NCBI RefSeq assembly: GCF_011386835.1
Contig: NC_088791.1
Location: 275,590,001 to 275,654,000 of the forward strand
Direction of reading: 5' to 3'
From: Chrysemys picta bellii
Lineage: Eukaryota
Length of the DNA: 64,000 nucleotides
In this document: positions 37,846-49,540 of the stretch, piece after piece
Layout: the number at the start of each line of letters is the position of its first letter
How positions within the stretch are numbered: position 1 is the first letter of the stretch
Notes under the pieces: model-generated
Database searches by the model: none
What the model was told of the DNA's origin: nothing
What the model saw: the letters and a program-made list of their open reading frames with translations, nothing else
Translations under genes and position numbers: made by a program

Positions 37846-38985
37846 CTTCTGGCTTTTTTTCATTTCTCCACATTTCTAGTACCAGTTTCTCACTTGGAAC
37901 AGTGCTGTCCTCATGGAAAAATTAAGGAATCTGTTTAGTCTCTATGTGTGGAAAAACAGGATTTGCAAAAGGATACAGGAAAAATGCAAACTATGACAAT
38001 TTAAACTATACAAACAATATATTTTTCAAAATTTCAAAGCCTGTATTCCCTTTTTTATCTGTTCACTTTCAATAGACAGATATGTTAGGAATGATAACTG
38101 TGGGAATTTGTTTAATTCAGAGGAAGGAATCTGAATCTCTCTAGCCTTTTGTGCCCTCATTTGAAAAACCTAGACAAGTGGTGACAAACCATTTTTTCAC
38201 GATGTATTCTATGTTATGAGACACTCATCATGATCTTTGTTCTGCACATGTGCATAATTTGTAATATATGTGTCTCTGGGGTGGCCTGCTTCAAATATAA
38301 AACCTACAAAGATCTGTTTAAGATGAATAACAATCAAAAGTATAGTTGAATTTGTCTTCTAGTTACAGGTTTTTCAGGGTGTGTGTATGTATATATATTT
38401 ATAACCAATCATTATATGTGATAGTTTACATCCTGAATCCCTAGTTTTTTATCAATTCTTGTTTTATTTTAAAAAAAAATCTAATTAGTAGTTTAGGCCC
38501 AAAAGGTAGATGAGTTGAAATAAACAATAAAACCTAATACCAATAAAAATGTGTTCCTGGTTTGCAGAAAAAAAATAAAGGGGTTGAGCATATTGCATAA
38601 ACATTTCCTTGCAGTATTTGCAAAGCTAATGCATGAGCATCAGAAATGTAAAAATGGACAGGCCATTTTCATAAAATGAGGGAAATCCAAAAAATAAACT
38701 AGCTTTCTTTTTAATTCCTTTTGTTTTAATAATTTACGGTATTAGCTACACAGATAAGAAATGTGCTTATTAAAATATATGGAATTCAATTCCACTCTGA
38801 TATATGTGTGCAAAACAATGGAAGATGTTGTATGAATGTAGCAGAGCAGCATTTTCCCTTGATTTTTTTTAACCTGACAGCATCCCTTTTACAAATGTCT
38901 GTACAGTTTATTACTTTCATGTGTAAAGCTATTGTTAGGAGAATGTGGCATACAGGTTCTTTAAACTATCACATACATTCACTTG

Positions 38986-38987
<2 letters not shown>

Positions 38988-39047
<60 letters not shown>
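38988..39047. repeat. (AC)30 microsatellite
   Basis: Perfect AC run of about 60 bp. Confidence 0.98.
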
Positions 39048-39049
<2 letters not shown>

Positions 39050-40369
39050 CTCCTAAGATGAAATTCTGAAACTATTGCTCAATGTACACCAATCCACAGG
39101 AAGTGAATGATGCCTTATGCAATTTAAACTGATGGTGTGGGGAAGTTAAGGTAAGAAGTGTTGGAGAAGGTGCTCCATCCTGCCACTCAGTCTGTGTGGT
39201 GGTCATCCCTTCTATTGCATTAGACAGGCTTCCTTGCTTCTTAACCTCCTCACTGCAATGCTGCCCAGGTTGCTCAGAGTTGCCTAAATGGAGGTATGCT
39301 AGGATGTAATAGAGGTTCTGAGGTCCAGCAATTTGAAGCACCCAGTTGTCCACAATGAGGACTTCACATTCTTGCATACTTAGTAAATGCTGCATCCCAT
39401 TGCCTGTTTGCCTAGAACTCTAAAAAAGAATCTAGCATCTTCAGAAGACACCTCCACTCGTGTCTGCCACTGGACCAGACATCATAATGAACCAACTCAC
39501 CATCCCTTCAGCTTGGTGTCTTTCCTTCATGGACATTAGATATAGAACTTTGTCTAAGTTGGGCATATTGAGACAGTCCAAATTCTGAGTGCCCACTGTC
39601 CCCTTCAGCTTGGTTCAGCATCAGGTTATTAAAGATTGCATAGAAGCCTGAAGATTTCTGCATCCACATTCCCTTGATGGCACTAAATTTGATTTTAGGT
39701 AACGTAAAGGATTGTAACTGATCCTACATTTTGTAGTTAGTTCAGATTTTAATATTGATGCTAGCTATTGAACCCATCGGTATATGATGGTGCTTCTCTC
39801 CCTTGCAATATTAATCTCCGAGTGAGCTTGTGGATGGGTCTGGGAGGGACTCTGTGCCCTCTTCTTCCTATCCCTCACTCCCATTATTTCTTTTGCCTGG
39901 GAGATGTGTCATTCAGCATGTCAACATTTTAAACTCTACTGGGACAATGGGCAAAGCTAAAATGAGGGGAATGCATTTTATCCTAGAAAGCATTAATGGC
40001 TACCTTCAATCAGTTCTTTGATCTGTAAAGATACCATCCTGGTTGAGGTGACTCTGCTAACCCAATGCCAGAAGCACTGTTTATCTCTCACCTCCCCCTT
40101 TTCATTTTCTGATTTTCACCAAAATCAGTAAGGTTCTGCCTACTGCTGCCTAGAACATTTCCAATTTTGGAACTGATCAGTTGCAAAGTTCAAAAGTTAT
40201 TGCATTACATACTGAGGGAGACTTGCCATCAAGTTGAGTGCAGGGCTTCCATATGGTTGGCCAATTACATATAAAACTACCATATTAAAGAATTGCAAGA
40301 TTGCAAAATTAAGCAATCAAATTAGGAATTGCCAGTGTGGTGAATGTGGAGATGTTCAGTGATGAATAT

Positions 40370-40591
40370 TATAATGTTGTAAGTATTTTTGGTATGCTTA
40401 TTTCCACCTGGTGGCCAAGGTGGGAATTGCTATTTACTGTTAAGAAGCCCTAAGATTCTACTGAACTTGTTCCAACAATTGTGTGAGGAAGTTTTTCCAA
40501 GCTGTAGGCTGATTAGTGGTCTGTGAACCTGTACCAGAATAAAAGATTTCCTTTTCCAGTTCTAATCGGTCTTGGATCTCTGTATACTATG
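40370..40591 (+). repeat. 5' LTR of Gypsy element
   Basis: Aligns with 47220-47292 plus 51531-51670. Contains GTGAACCTGTACCAGAATAAAA. Followed by PBS-like TGGCAACAAGGAT (40593-40605). Confidence 0.88.
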
Positions 40592-40639
40592 TTGGCAACA
40601 AGGATAAACTAAAAACAACAACCAGCAAGCTCTACATAC

Positions 40640-41722
40640 TGTGTGTGTAAGTGACCAACTTTTTTTTATTTTTATTTCATTATGGAAAAATGAAAGCATA
40701 TGATGCAGAGTAGGAGGACTGGACTCAGTACTCAGAGACTCTCCCAGAACTTTATTACAGATGATATAGAGGATGATAAAAAGAAACATGCCATTTTTAT
40801 TGAGTATTTGTGGAGCAAAAACATAGCTTGTTTAGATTTTTGGTGGCACTAGAAAAGCTCAGTGCCAAATATTTTGAACTAATTAAAGTTGTCATGCGCC
40901 ATCATAACCCAATGCCAGCTGAGATTGTGCAGTGTTTAAAATTTAAGTTTCTCCCACCAACCTGGAAAGTTGGTGTCAGTTTTTGTACCAGAACTACATT
41001 TGTCTCAGTGCTGTGGTTTTGGAGATACATTAAAAGCCGTGGCTATGGTATCAGTTATGAAAGAATTCAGAGATGTCTGCTGGCAGAATCCACCTCAGAT
41101 TTTAAAAAAGCTCAGGAAATAGCACAAAGCATGGAAGTAGCTGCATAGCAGGCTTTAAAGTTACACAGACGCACTAAGCAGCACATAGCTAGCCAGTCAC
41201 AGGCTATCCAGCACAAGTATCCAGCATTCCACACAGAGCAAATGAATCATTAAATTAACAGAGGTACCGCCTTAAGAACACACAACTGCTTTAGTTGTGG
41301 GGTGAAACATGACTATATCTCCTGCCCATTGAGTGCTGGGTTTGCCAGAAGTGAGGTCATCTTGTAAATGTGCACCATAAAAAACCAGACACATGGAAGG
41401 AAAAATGTGGGTCATGAGAGGTACATCATATTTAGAGTGACCAGACAGCAAGTGTGAAAAATTGGGATGGAGGTGGGGGGTAATAGGAGCCTATATAAGG
41501 GGAAAGACCCCAAAATTGGGACTGTCCCTATAAAATTGGGACATCTAGTTACCCTAATCATATTGCAGAGGAGAAAGAGAAGCTAAAAGCTGAAGACTGT
41601 GTGTATATTATGTTTAATGTTACTAGCAGTAGCCAAAAGAAGAAATCCCCTTGAGTGGATGTTACAATTAATGGACAAAGAATATCCATAAAGATTGATA
41701 TAGGAGCTTCGCTGTCTATAGT
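40640..41722 (+). pseudogene. Gypsy gag and protease remnants
   Basis: RHHNPMPAEIVQ, GISYERIQRCLLAES..DFKKAQEIAQSME, a CFSCG..H...C knuckle and INGQRISIKIDIGAS (DTG-type protease motif). Confidence 0.8.
41433..41556. mobile_element. 124-bp hAT (Blackjack-like) MITE inserted in gag
   Basis: TAGAGTGACCAGA / TCTAGTTACCCTA termini. Perfect 8-bp TSD ATCATATT. Confidence 0.88.
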
Positions 41723-41723
41723 T

Positions 41724-41845
41724 AGCCCAGACCTGAAGAAGATGTCTTTGTAAGCTCAAAATCTGCTCTCTCACCAACAGAAGTTGGTCCAATAAGAGGT
41801 ATTACTTCATCAACCACATGTCTCTCATAACACTGCTCTACAGCC
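41724..41845 (+). mobile_element. Penelope-like element pLTR fragment with degenerate hammerhead-like motif
   Basis: CCCAGACCTGAAGAAG...TAAGCTCAAAA...CAGAAGTTGGTCCAATAA. Same family as 52189-52368. Confidence 0.65.
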
Positions 41846-42004
41846 AAAATGCTTCTGAAATAAATGTAGTCAAACTTTACTAATTCTGGGTCACTGAGAA
41901 CGAAAATGATGCTTAAAATTGTTGATTGGCTCTAGTTTTCAAGATATGCTATTGGGTCAGTATATACGACCCTTGACTTGGGAATGGCGGAGGATAAGTG
42001 AGTT

Positions 42005-42192
42005 ATAGAATCATAGAATATCAGCGTTGGAAGGGACCTCAGGAGGTCATCTAGTCCAACCCCCTGCTCAAAGCAGGACCAATCCCCAGACAGATTTTTA
42101 CCCCAGTTCCCTAAATGGCCCCCTCAAGGATTGAACTCACAATCCTGGGTTTAGCAAGCCAATGCTCAAACCACTGAGCTACCCCTCCCCCC
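42005..42192 (-). mobile_element. Turtle Pol III/SINE (tRNA-derived head plus CR1 tail)
   Basis: Minus strand reads GGGAGGGGTAGCTCAGTGG (A box)...GAGTTCAATCC (B box)...GGACTAGATGACCTCCTGAGGTCCCTTCC...ATTCTATGATTCTAT. Confidence 0.92.
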
Positions 42193-42207
42193 ATATAAAG
42201 GGAAGGG

Positions 42208-42626
42208 ATCTCAATTTAAACCAGAAATGACTAAAATACATCTTTGACTGGATCTATGAATAAATCTATGACTGGGTTTGGACAGTACTTGCTTTTTAGG
42301 CAAAACAATGAATGATGCAATCCGAAGCTGGTATTGCGTCATACATGATATGAATTGCATCATGTTATTCCTAGAAGTCATGGATGATGCAATCATAACA
42401 AAGCTTACATCACTCTGCTGAACAAATTGCCCTATATCAGCTCTAGAAATCATACAGTGTCATGCTCTCTTATTTGTCAGTGTTTGATTTTGCAAAGGGA
42501 CACATTTCTGTTTAGCCAAAGTTAGCAGAGATGCCTCATACTTGTGTGAACAGTGCAGATAACTTCTGCTATGTTTGTGGTGAAGTGACTTTTGCGTCAC
42601 AAAAGCGCAGTATAACCACTATGGTT
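42208..42626 (+). mobile_element. DNA transposon 5' fragment with transposase N-terminus (possibly Chapaev3/CMC-like)
   Basis: ORF at 42531 begins MPHTCVNSADNFCYVCGEV...KRSITTMVKKA, then switches to unrelated sequence. Family assignment is from memory. Confidence 0.45.
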
Positions 42627-42895
42627 AAGAAAGCCTCCAGCTCAGCCAGCTGCCAGTCTGGGGTTCCGGCCACCAGCCACTTTCCAGCTGGGATCCCGGA
42701 CGCTGGCCCCGCTCAGTCCGCTGCTGGCCTGGATGAATGGAACCCCAGTCTGGCAGCGGGCTGAGCCCCACTGCCAGTCTGGGGTTCTGTCCGCCGGCCC
42801 CTGTAAATGTAATGTATTATTGGCATGCGAAACCTTAAATTACAGTAAATAAATGAAGACTTGGCACACCACTTCTCAAAGATTGCCAACCCCTG
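42627..42895 (-). mobile_element. hAT terminal fragment
   Basis: Ends GAAGACTTGGCACACCACTTCT...TTGCCAACCCCTG, the reverse complement of the start of the MITE at 10982. Confidence 0.8.
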
Positions 42896-44162
42896 AGCTA
42901 GAAGATCACAAGGTGATAAGTAACAGTCAGCATGGATTTGTCAAAAACAAATTGTGTCAAACCAACCTGATAGATTTCTTTGACAGGGTAACAAGCCTTG
43001 TGGCTAGGGGGAAGCAGTAGACATGGTATATCTTGACTTTAGTAAAGCTTTTGATACTGTCTTTCATGACCTTCTCATAAACAAACTAGGGAAATGCAAC
43101 CTAGATGGAGCTACTATAAGGTGGGTGCAAAACTGGTTGGAAAACCATTCCCAGAGAGTAGTTATCAGTGGTTCACAGTCATGCTAGCAGGGCATAACGT
43201 GGGGTCCAGCAGGGATCAGATCTGGTTCCGGTTCTGTTCAATATCTTCATCAGTGATTTAGATAATGGCATACAGAGTACACTTATGAAGTTTGCAGACA
43301 ATACCAAGCTGGGAGGGGTGGCAAGTGGTTTGGAGAATAGGATTATAATTCAAAATGATCTGGAGAAATGGTCTGAAGTAAATAGGATGAAATTCAATAA
43401 GAACAAATGCAAAGTATGTCATTTAGGAAGGAACAACCAGTTGCACACATACGAAATGGGAAACGACTGCCTAGGAAGGAGTACTGCGGAAAGGGATCTG
43501 GGGGTCATAATGGACCACAAGCTAAATATGAGTCAACAGTGTAACGCTGTTGCAAAAAAAGCAAACATCCTTCTGGGATGTATTAGCAGGAGTGTTGTAA
43601 GCAAGACACGAGAAGCAATTCTTCCGCTCTACTCCATGCTGATTAGGCCTCAACTGGAGTATTGTGTCTAGTTCTGGGTGCCACATTTCAGGAAGGATGT
43701 AGACAAATTGGAGAGAGTCCAGAGAAGAGCAACAAAAATGATTAAAGGTCTAGAAAATATGACCTATGAGGGAAGATTGAAAAAAATTCGGTTTGTTTAG
43801 TCTGGAAAAAAGAAGACTGAGAGGGGACATGATAACAGTTTTTTAAGTATATAAAAGGTTGTTACAAGGAGGAGGAAGAAAAATTGTTGTTCTTAACCTC
43901 TGAGGATAGGACAAGAAGCAGTGGGCTTAAATTGCAGCAAGGGAGGCTTAGGTTGGACGTTAGGAAAAACTTCCTAACTGTCAGGGTGGTTAAGCACTGG
44001 AATAAATTGCCTAGGGAGGTTGTGGAATCTCCATCACTGGAGATTTTTAAGAGGAGGTTAGACAAACACTTGTCAAGAATAGTCTAGATAATTAGTCCTG
44101 CCACGAGTGCAGAGGACTGGACTAGATGACCTGTTGAGGTCCCTTCCAGTTCTATGATTATA
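42896..44162 (+). mobile_element. 5'-truncated CR1 LINE
   Basis: SNSQHGFVK, YLDFSKAFDTV, KFADNTKLGG, LYSMLIRPQLEYCV and WNKLPREVVESPSLEIFK, then tail TTCTATGATTAT. Frameshifted. Confidence 0.95.
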
Positions 44163-44636
44163 GGAAAGGGTTGTTCCATTACATCTGCCTCCCATTTGGA
44201 GTGTCAGCAGCTCCAGGTATTTATCAAAGGGTGATGGACAATTTATTCCAAGGCATGCCACATGTCTGTGTATACCCTGATGATAGTCTGATTACAGGGG
44301 AATCTGAGTCAGAACACTTGCAAAACTTGGACCAGGTACTACAAAAATTGGATGATGCAGGAATGTGTCTTAAGAGAGAGACGTGTATTTTGCAGGCTGC
44401 CAAAGTCATTTACCTGGGACACAAAATTGGTGCAACTGGCTTACAACCAGTAGAGGAGAAGGCATGGGCCATTCCTGAGGTGCCATCACCAAAGTCAGTG
44501 TCTGAACTGAAATTCTTTCTAGGCCTGCTAAATTATTATGGTAAATTTTTAACCAACTTGGCATCCGTATTGGCTCCATTACGCAACTGTTACAGAAAGG
44601 GATAAAATCTCCAGTTGGGTCAAAACCAAAAAATAG
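44163..44636 (+). pseudogene. Gypsy reverse transcriptase remnant
   Basis: ORF 44171-44605: LPFGVSAAPGIYQRVMD...VYPDD...YLGH...FLGLLNYYGKF. Confidence 0.92.
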
Positions 44637-45511
44637 TGTAAGCAGAGTCAGGATGAGCTCTACCCTGACATCTGGTGGTGAATTGTGGCGAGTTGCGGAA
44701 AATAACTTCAGGGGCTGATCTTGTTTGCATAGGCACACTCACCCTCCATGAGCCCACAGTAGTCCAAATGGCTGCTGTGGGATCCCCAGTTTCTCTGTTA
44801 TTGAGGCAGGAAGAATAAAGTGTTGTTAACCTGATTATGTGAATCAAGGACAGTGGAACTGTTTTATGACAGAGGGACTCGCCATCAACTAAAGTAGCAC
44901 TTGCTAGACGAGGGACATGGGTTCCAAAACCCAGTAAATTGAGAGAGGCCGGGGACAGGTATGTGTACTTGATGGTATGGACCCCCTTTTGAGGGCCTGA
45001 AACACCAATTGCACCTCTTCCTCTCTCCACTGTGGAATATCAGAGCTAATTTTGATTCCATTAGGAGTCTAGTTACAGGCTGATGAGATGAATTCACTTT
45101 GGGCCAATGGTGCACCAGCACTGAGGCTCCCCTACTACAAGCTGAAATCACTAAAGAGCTAAAATTAGTAAGAGCTGAAATCGCTGAGTGCTGTGGGGGA
45201 CCCCTGAAGATATATTGCTGAGTGGCTGGCAGAGCATGTTTGCGGGACAGCTGGAGCGGCTCACGGGATGGCTGGTGGAGAGGAACGGCTGGCGGAGTGG
45301 CTTGTAGTGAAGGCTGCAGCAGAACCCATGGAGAGGTGGGGCAGTCGGCCTTGGACCATGTAAGGTGCCTCTTAACACCCCTGTGCCCCCCCCTTCCACC
45401 AAGGCTGGGAGGTAAAACTTTGTAGATAAACTTTTGAACTCTGGGGCTGCACTGACCAGGGACAGAGACTTGTTGGACTTTTGGGTGATTTTTGGGTTGC
45501 TGGACTCAAGA
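44637..45511 (+). mobile_element. Truncated LTR of a second LTR family inserted in pol
   Basis: Begins TGTAAGCAGAGTCAGG exactly where RT homology stops. Non-coding, with GAGCT.AAAT repeats. The host resumes in RNase H. Confidence 0.7.
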
Positions 45512-46800
45512 GACTGTTGGGATGTTGTACTTTTGGGACTTTTACCTATATGGCAGGCATTTTATTTTACATTGAGATCATAAGCAACTTAAAGGTCTGT
45601 TTGGTGAGAGCAAGTCTGTACTTGCTATAGCATCTGCCAGAATTCAGAGATGGGCTCTCACCTTTATCAGCTTATGACTACAAATTGTATTATAATCCTG
45701 GAAAGTACTGGGTAATGTGGGTGCTCTGACTAGTAATCCTTTACTAGGCAACCCCCCAGAAGTACCTCAGCCTGCAGAAGCCATCCTCCTTATTGAACTA
45801 CTGTCTACTTCTCTAACTGATGCCGCACAGCTAAAAAGAGAGAGAGAAACCCATTATTGTTTGAAGTGCAACAAATGTTTACAAATGGCTGGACAGAGAG
45901 GGTAAGTACAGAATTCCAATCTTATTACTCCTGAAACAAGTCTTTAAGTGTCCAGGTGATCATACTTCCTGTAAGTAGACTGATGGTGCTAAAATTGTTA
46001 CATGAAGCATATCTTGGCATTGTACACATGAAGGGGCTACCATGCAGTTGTGTGGGGTGGCCAGGAATAGATTGGGAAATCAAGACTTGTGTGACAGGGA
46101 ATGGTTTGTCAGTCCAGCTGCCATGCTCCACTAAAAGTTCCTTTGCACCCATGGCAGTGGCTTCCATGACCCTGAAGACTACGTTTTTAATAAGTGATGC
46201 TCCATTCAAAATGGATTGAGGTGCAAACTGTGCTCTCTACTGCAGCTGAGATTACAGTTGGCAAATGTGAGTTGCAGTTTACCATTTTTGGTTTGCCTGA
46301 GACAGTATCCAATTCACTGATGCTGTATTTCAGAATTTATGGAAAAAACCCAGCATCAAACCCGTTAGAACTGAGCCATACCACCCTTCTTCAAGTGCAG
46401 TAGCACAGCGGGCTGTGCAAATAATAAAATAGGGAATGAAGATGACGACACATGGTAGCATAGAAGCCAACCTGAGCAGGCTTCTTTTCTAGTTTGCTGT
46501 GACAGTCCACAACAGGAAAGTCACCTACAGAACTCTTAATGAGAACTTATGTGGACTCTCTACACCCTGATGAAGCTGCTAAGGTGAGGGAAAATCAGGC
46601 AGCCCAAAAGTTATATTATGCTGTACGAGCATCACTAAGAGCATCAGGTGTAAGTAATGTAGTATATGCTCTTAATTTTTGCCGTGGCCCGCTCTGGTTA
46701 TCAGATTGCATCGCAGCACATGCGGGACAACTTTTTTGGGTGACTGAGTTACCAGAGGGGGCGGAGGTACATTCAAAGGCATCAGAATCAGGTTAATCTG
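45512..46800 (+). pseudogene. Gypsy RNase H and integrase remnants
   Basis: YLYGRHF..DHKQL, SARIQRWAL, HEAYLGIVHMK...WPGID, SKWIEV and a LPETV-like motif. Multiple frameshifts. Confidence 0.85.
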
Positions 46801-47206
46801 TGGTACCGTGAAGAATTGCCTATAGACAATTCTCATTTGGATGTTGAGATACCAGGTATTACGGAGTCATTAGACTACCCAATTGCTACATCCAGTAATA
46901 GTGAGATTGTGGAAGACCACATACCAGCCACTACAGTGGACTTGGAAGATAAGGCTGTAGAAGTGGTTGTAGTATCAGAGAGCCCTTCTGCACCTGATCA
47001 AGGACCACACGTGTTTCCATTGTGCCATTTCAGAAGATCTCCCTAAGCTAGAGACAGATTGGATTTGTAGTAATAAAACAATTATGCTAGAGAGGGCAGA
47101 TTAATCTTGTAATTTTCTGTGGATTAGGGTAGTTTACGCCAACCTCTTAGTTAGGATGTTTTATTTTGTTTTGTTGATGTTTAAAGTTTATGATTACTAA
47201 TAATTT

Positions 47207-47219
47207 AAAGGGGGAGGAA
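47207..47219 (+). other. Polypurine tract
   Basis: AAAGGGGGAGGAA immediately before the TG of the 3' LTR. Confidence 0.85.
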
Positions 47220-47292
47220 TGTAATGTTGTAAGTAGTTTTGTTATGCTTATCACGATCTGATGGCCAAGGTGAGAAGAGCTATTTACTCTTA
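47220..47292 (+). repeat. 3' LTR, left part (split by Harbinger)
   Basis: About 12 mismatches in 73 nt against 40370-40442. Confidence 0.88.
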
Positions 47293-47681
47293 GCCCTGAT
47301 CTACACTACGTGTTTAGGTCGAATTTAGCCGTGTTAGATCGATTTAGCCCTGCACCCGTCCACACGACGAAGCCATTTTTGTCAACTTAAAGGGCTCTTA
47401 AAATCGATTTCTATACTCCTCCCCGATGAGGGGATTAGCGCTGAAATCGACATAGCCGAGTCGAATTTGGGGTAGTGTGGATGCAATTCGATGGTATTGG
47501 CTTCCGGGAGCTATCCCAGAGTGCTCCATTGTGACCGCTCTGAACAGCACTCTCAACTCAGATGCACTGGCAAGGTAGACAGGAAAAGCCCCGCGAACTT
47601 TTGAATTTCATTTCCTGTTTGGCTAGCGTGGCAGGCTGATCAGCACAGGTGACCGTGCAGAGCTCATCAGCAGAGGTGACC

Positions 47682-48225
47682 ATGGAGTCCCAGAATCACA
47701 AAAGAGCTCCAACATGGACCGAACGGGAGATACTGGATCTGATTGCTGTATGGGGAGATGAATCCGTACTATCAGAACTCCATTCCAAAAGACGAAATGC
47801 CAAAATATTTGAAAAAATCTCCAAGGGCATGAAGGACAGAGGCTATAACAGGGACCCGCAGCAATGCCACGTGAAACTTAAGGAGCTCAGGCAAGCCTAC
47901 CAAAAAAACGAAGAGGCAAACATCCGCTCCGGGTCAGACCCCCAAACATGCCGCTTCTATGATGAGCTGCATGCAATTCTAGGGGGTGCCCCCACCACTA
48001 CCCCACCCCTGTTCGTGGACTTCTGCAAGGGGGGAGTCTCACGCAACAGGGATGAGGATTTTGGGGATGAGGAAGATGAGGAGGAGGAGGAGGGAAGTGC
48101 ACAGCAGGCAAGTGGAGAAACCGTTCTCCCAGACAGCCAGGAACTGTTTATCACCCTGGAGCCAATACCCTCCCAACCCTCCCAAGATAGGTTCACGGAC
48201 CCTGAAGGTGGAGAAGGCTCCTCTG
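47682..48225 (+). CDS. Harbinger Myb/SANT-like (trihelix) DNA-binding protein, exon 1
   Basis: MESQNHKRAPTWTEREILDLIAVWG...QQCHVKLKELRQAY. Donor G|gtgagt. Confidence 0.85.
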
Positions 48226-48784
48226 GTGAGTGTACCTTTGTAAATATAATACATGGTTTAAAAGCAAGCGTGTTTAATGATTAATTTGCCCTGAAGACTT
48301 GGGATGTATTCACGGCCAATACAGCTACTGGAATGCATTCAAGCAAAACCGTTCTTTATCTCTCTGTGTTATCCTCATGAGAGTGATATCATTCATGGTC
48401 ACCTGGTTGAAATAGGGGAATTTTATTAAGGGGACATTCAGAGGTGGCCATTCCTGCTGGGCTATGTGCCTGTGGCTGAAAAGAAATCATCCCTGCTGTT
48501 AGCCCCCCGGTGGGGGGAGGGGTGAAGCAATCATCCCAGAGAATTGTGGGGGGGGGGGAGGAGGGGGGGGGCGGTTTAGTTGGGTTTGTGCTGCATGTTA
48601 ACCCCAAAACTGCAGCCCCTCCGAAAACCAACAGGCCCTCAATATAAGAGGCAAAATGCGACCTTGTATTGAAAGCACATGTGCTATGTAATGTTAACAG
48701 CTTGGTTCACCGTGAAAGAGTCTACACATTGTTCTCTAAAATGTGTCTTTTAAAAGAATACTCTCCCTTTTTTTCCTCCCACAG

Positions 48785-49302
48785 GTGCAAATGTTTCAGC
48801 GCTCCCCCTATCATCTCCGACCCAGAGGCTAGCGCAGAAAAGAAGGCGAAAAAACTGCACTCGCAATGAAATGTTTTCTGAGCTCATGCAGTCCTCCCGC
48901 ACTGAAAGAGCTCAGCAGAATGCATGGAGGCAAACAATGGCAGAGTCCAGGAAAGCAGAAAATGAACACGAGGACAGGAGGGACGAGCAAGAGGAAAGGT
49001 GCTGGGAGCAAGAGGAGAGGTGGTGGCAGCGAGATGAGAGGAAGCAGGATGCAATGCTGAAGCTACTGGAGGATCAAACTGATATGCTCCAGCGTATGGT
49101 TGAGCTACAGGAAAGGCAGCAGGAGCACAGACCACTGCTGCAGCCCCTGTGTAACCGACCGCCCTCCTCCCCAAGTTCCATAGCTTCCTCACCCAGATGC
49201 CCAAGAATGCGGGGGCGGGGGGGGGGGAGGTTCCAGGCACCCAACCACTCCACCCCAGAGGACTGCCCAAGCAACAGAAGGCTGGCATTCAATAAGTTTT
49301 GA
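48785..49302 (+). CDS. Harbinger Myb/SANT-like protein, exon 2 (coiled-coil)
   Basis: Polypyrimidine tract then acag|. In frame with exon 1 and with ORF 48871-49302. Spliced ORF is 1062 nt = 353 aa with no stop. Confidence 0.8.
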
Positions 49303-49540
49303 AGTGAAGTGTGGCCTCCTCCCCTCCTCCACTACCCCACCCGGTGCTTCCGTCCCAGGCTACCTTGGCAGTTATCCCCCTATTTGTGTGACGAATTAAT
49401 AAAGAATGCATGAATTTGAAACAACAATGACTTTATTGCCTCTGCAAGCGGTGATCGGGGGGGAGGGGCGCGGTTGGCTTACAGGGAAATAAAGTGAACC
49501 AAGGGGGCGGGTTATCATCAAGGAGAAACAATCAGAACTC

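Noticed and set aside
39072-39650. 107-aa minus-strand ORF and a repeated CCCTTCAGCTTGG word
   Set aside because: No motif assignable to a gene or TE class; probably an ancient repeat remnant.
42110-42192. tRNA gene on the minus strand
   Set aside because: The A/B boxes run directly into a CR1-type tail, so this is a SINE head, not a tRNA gene.
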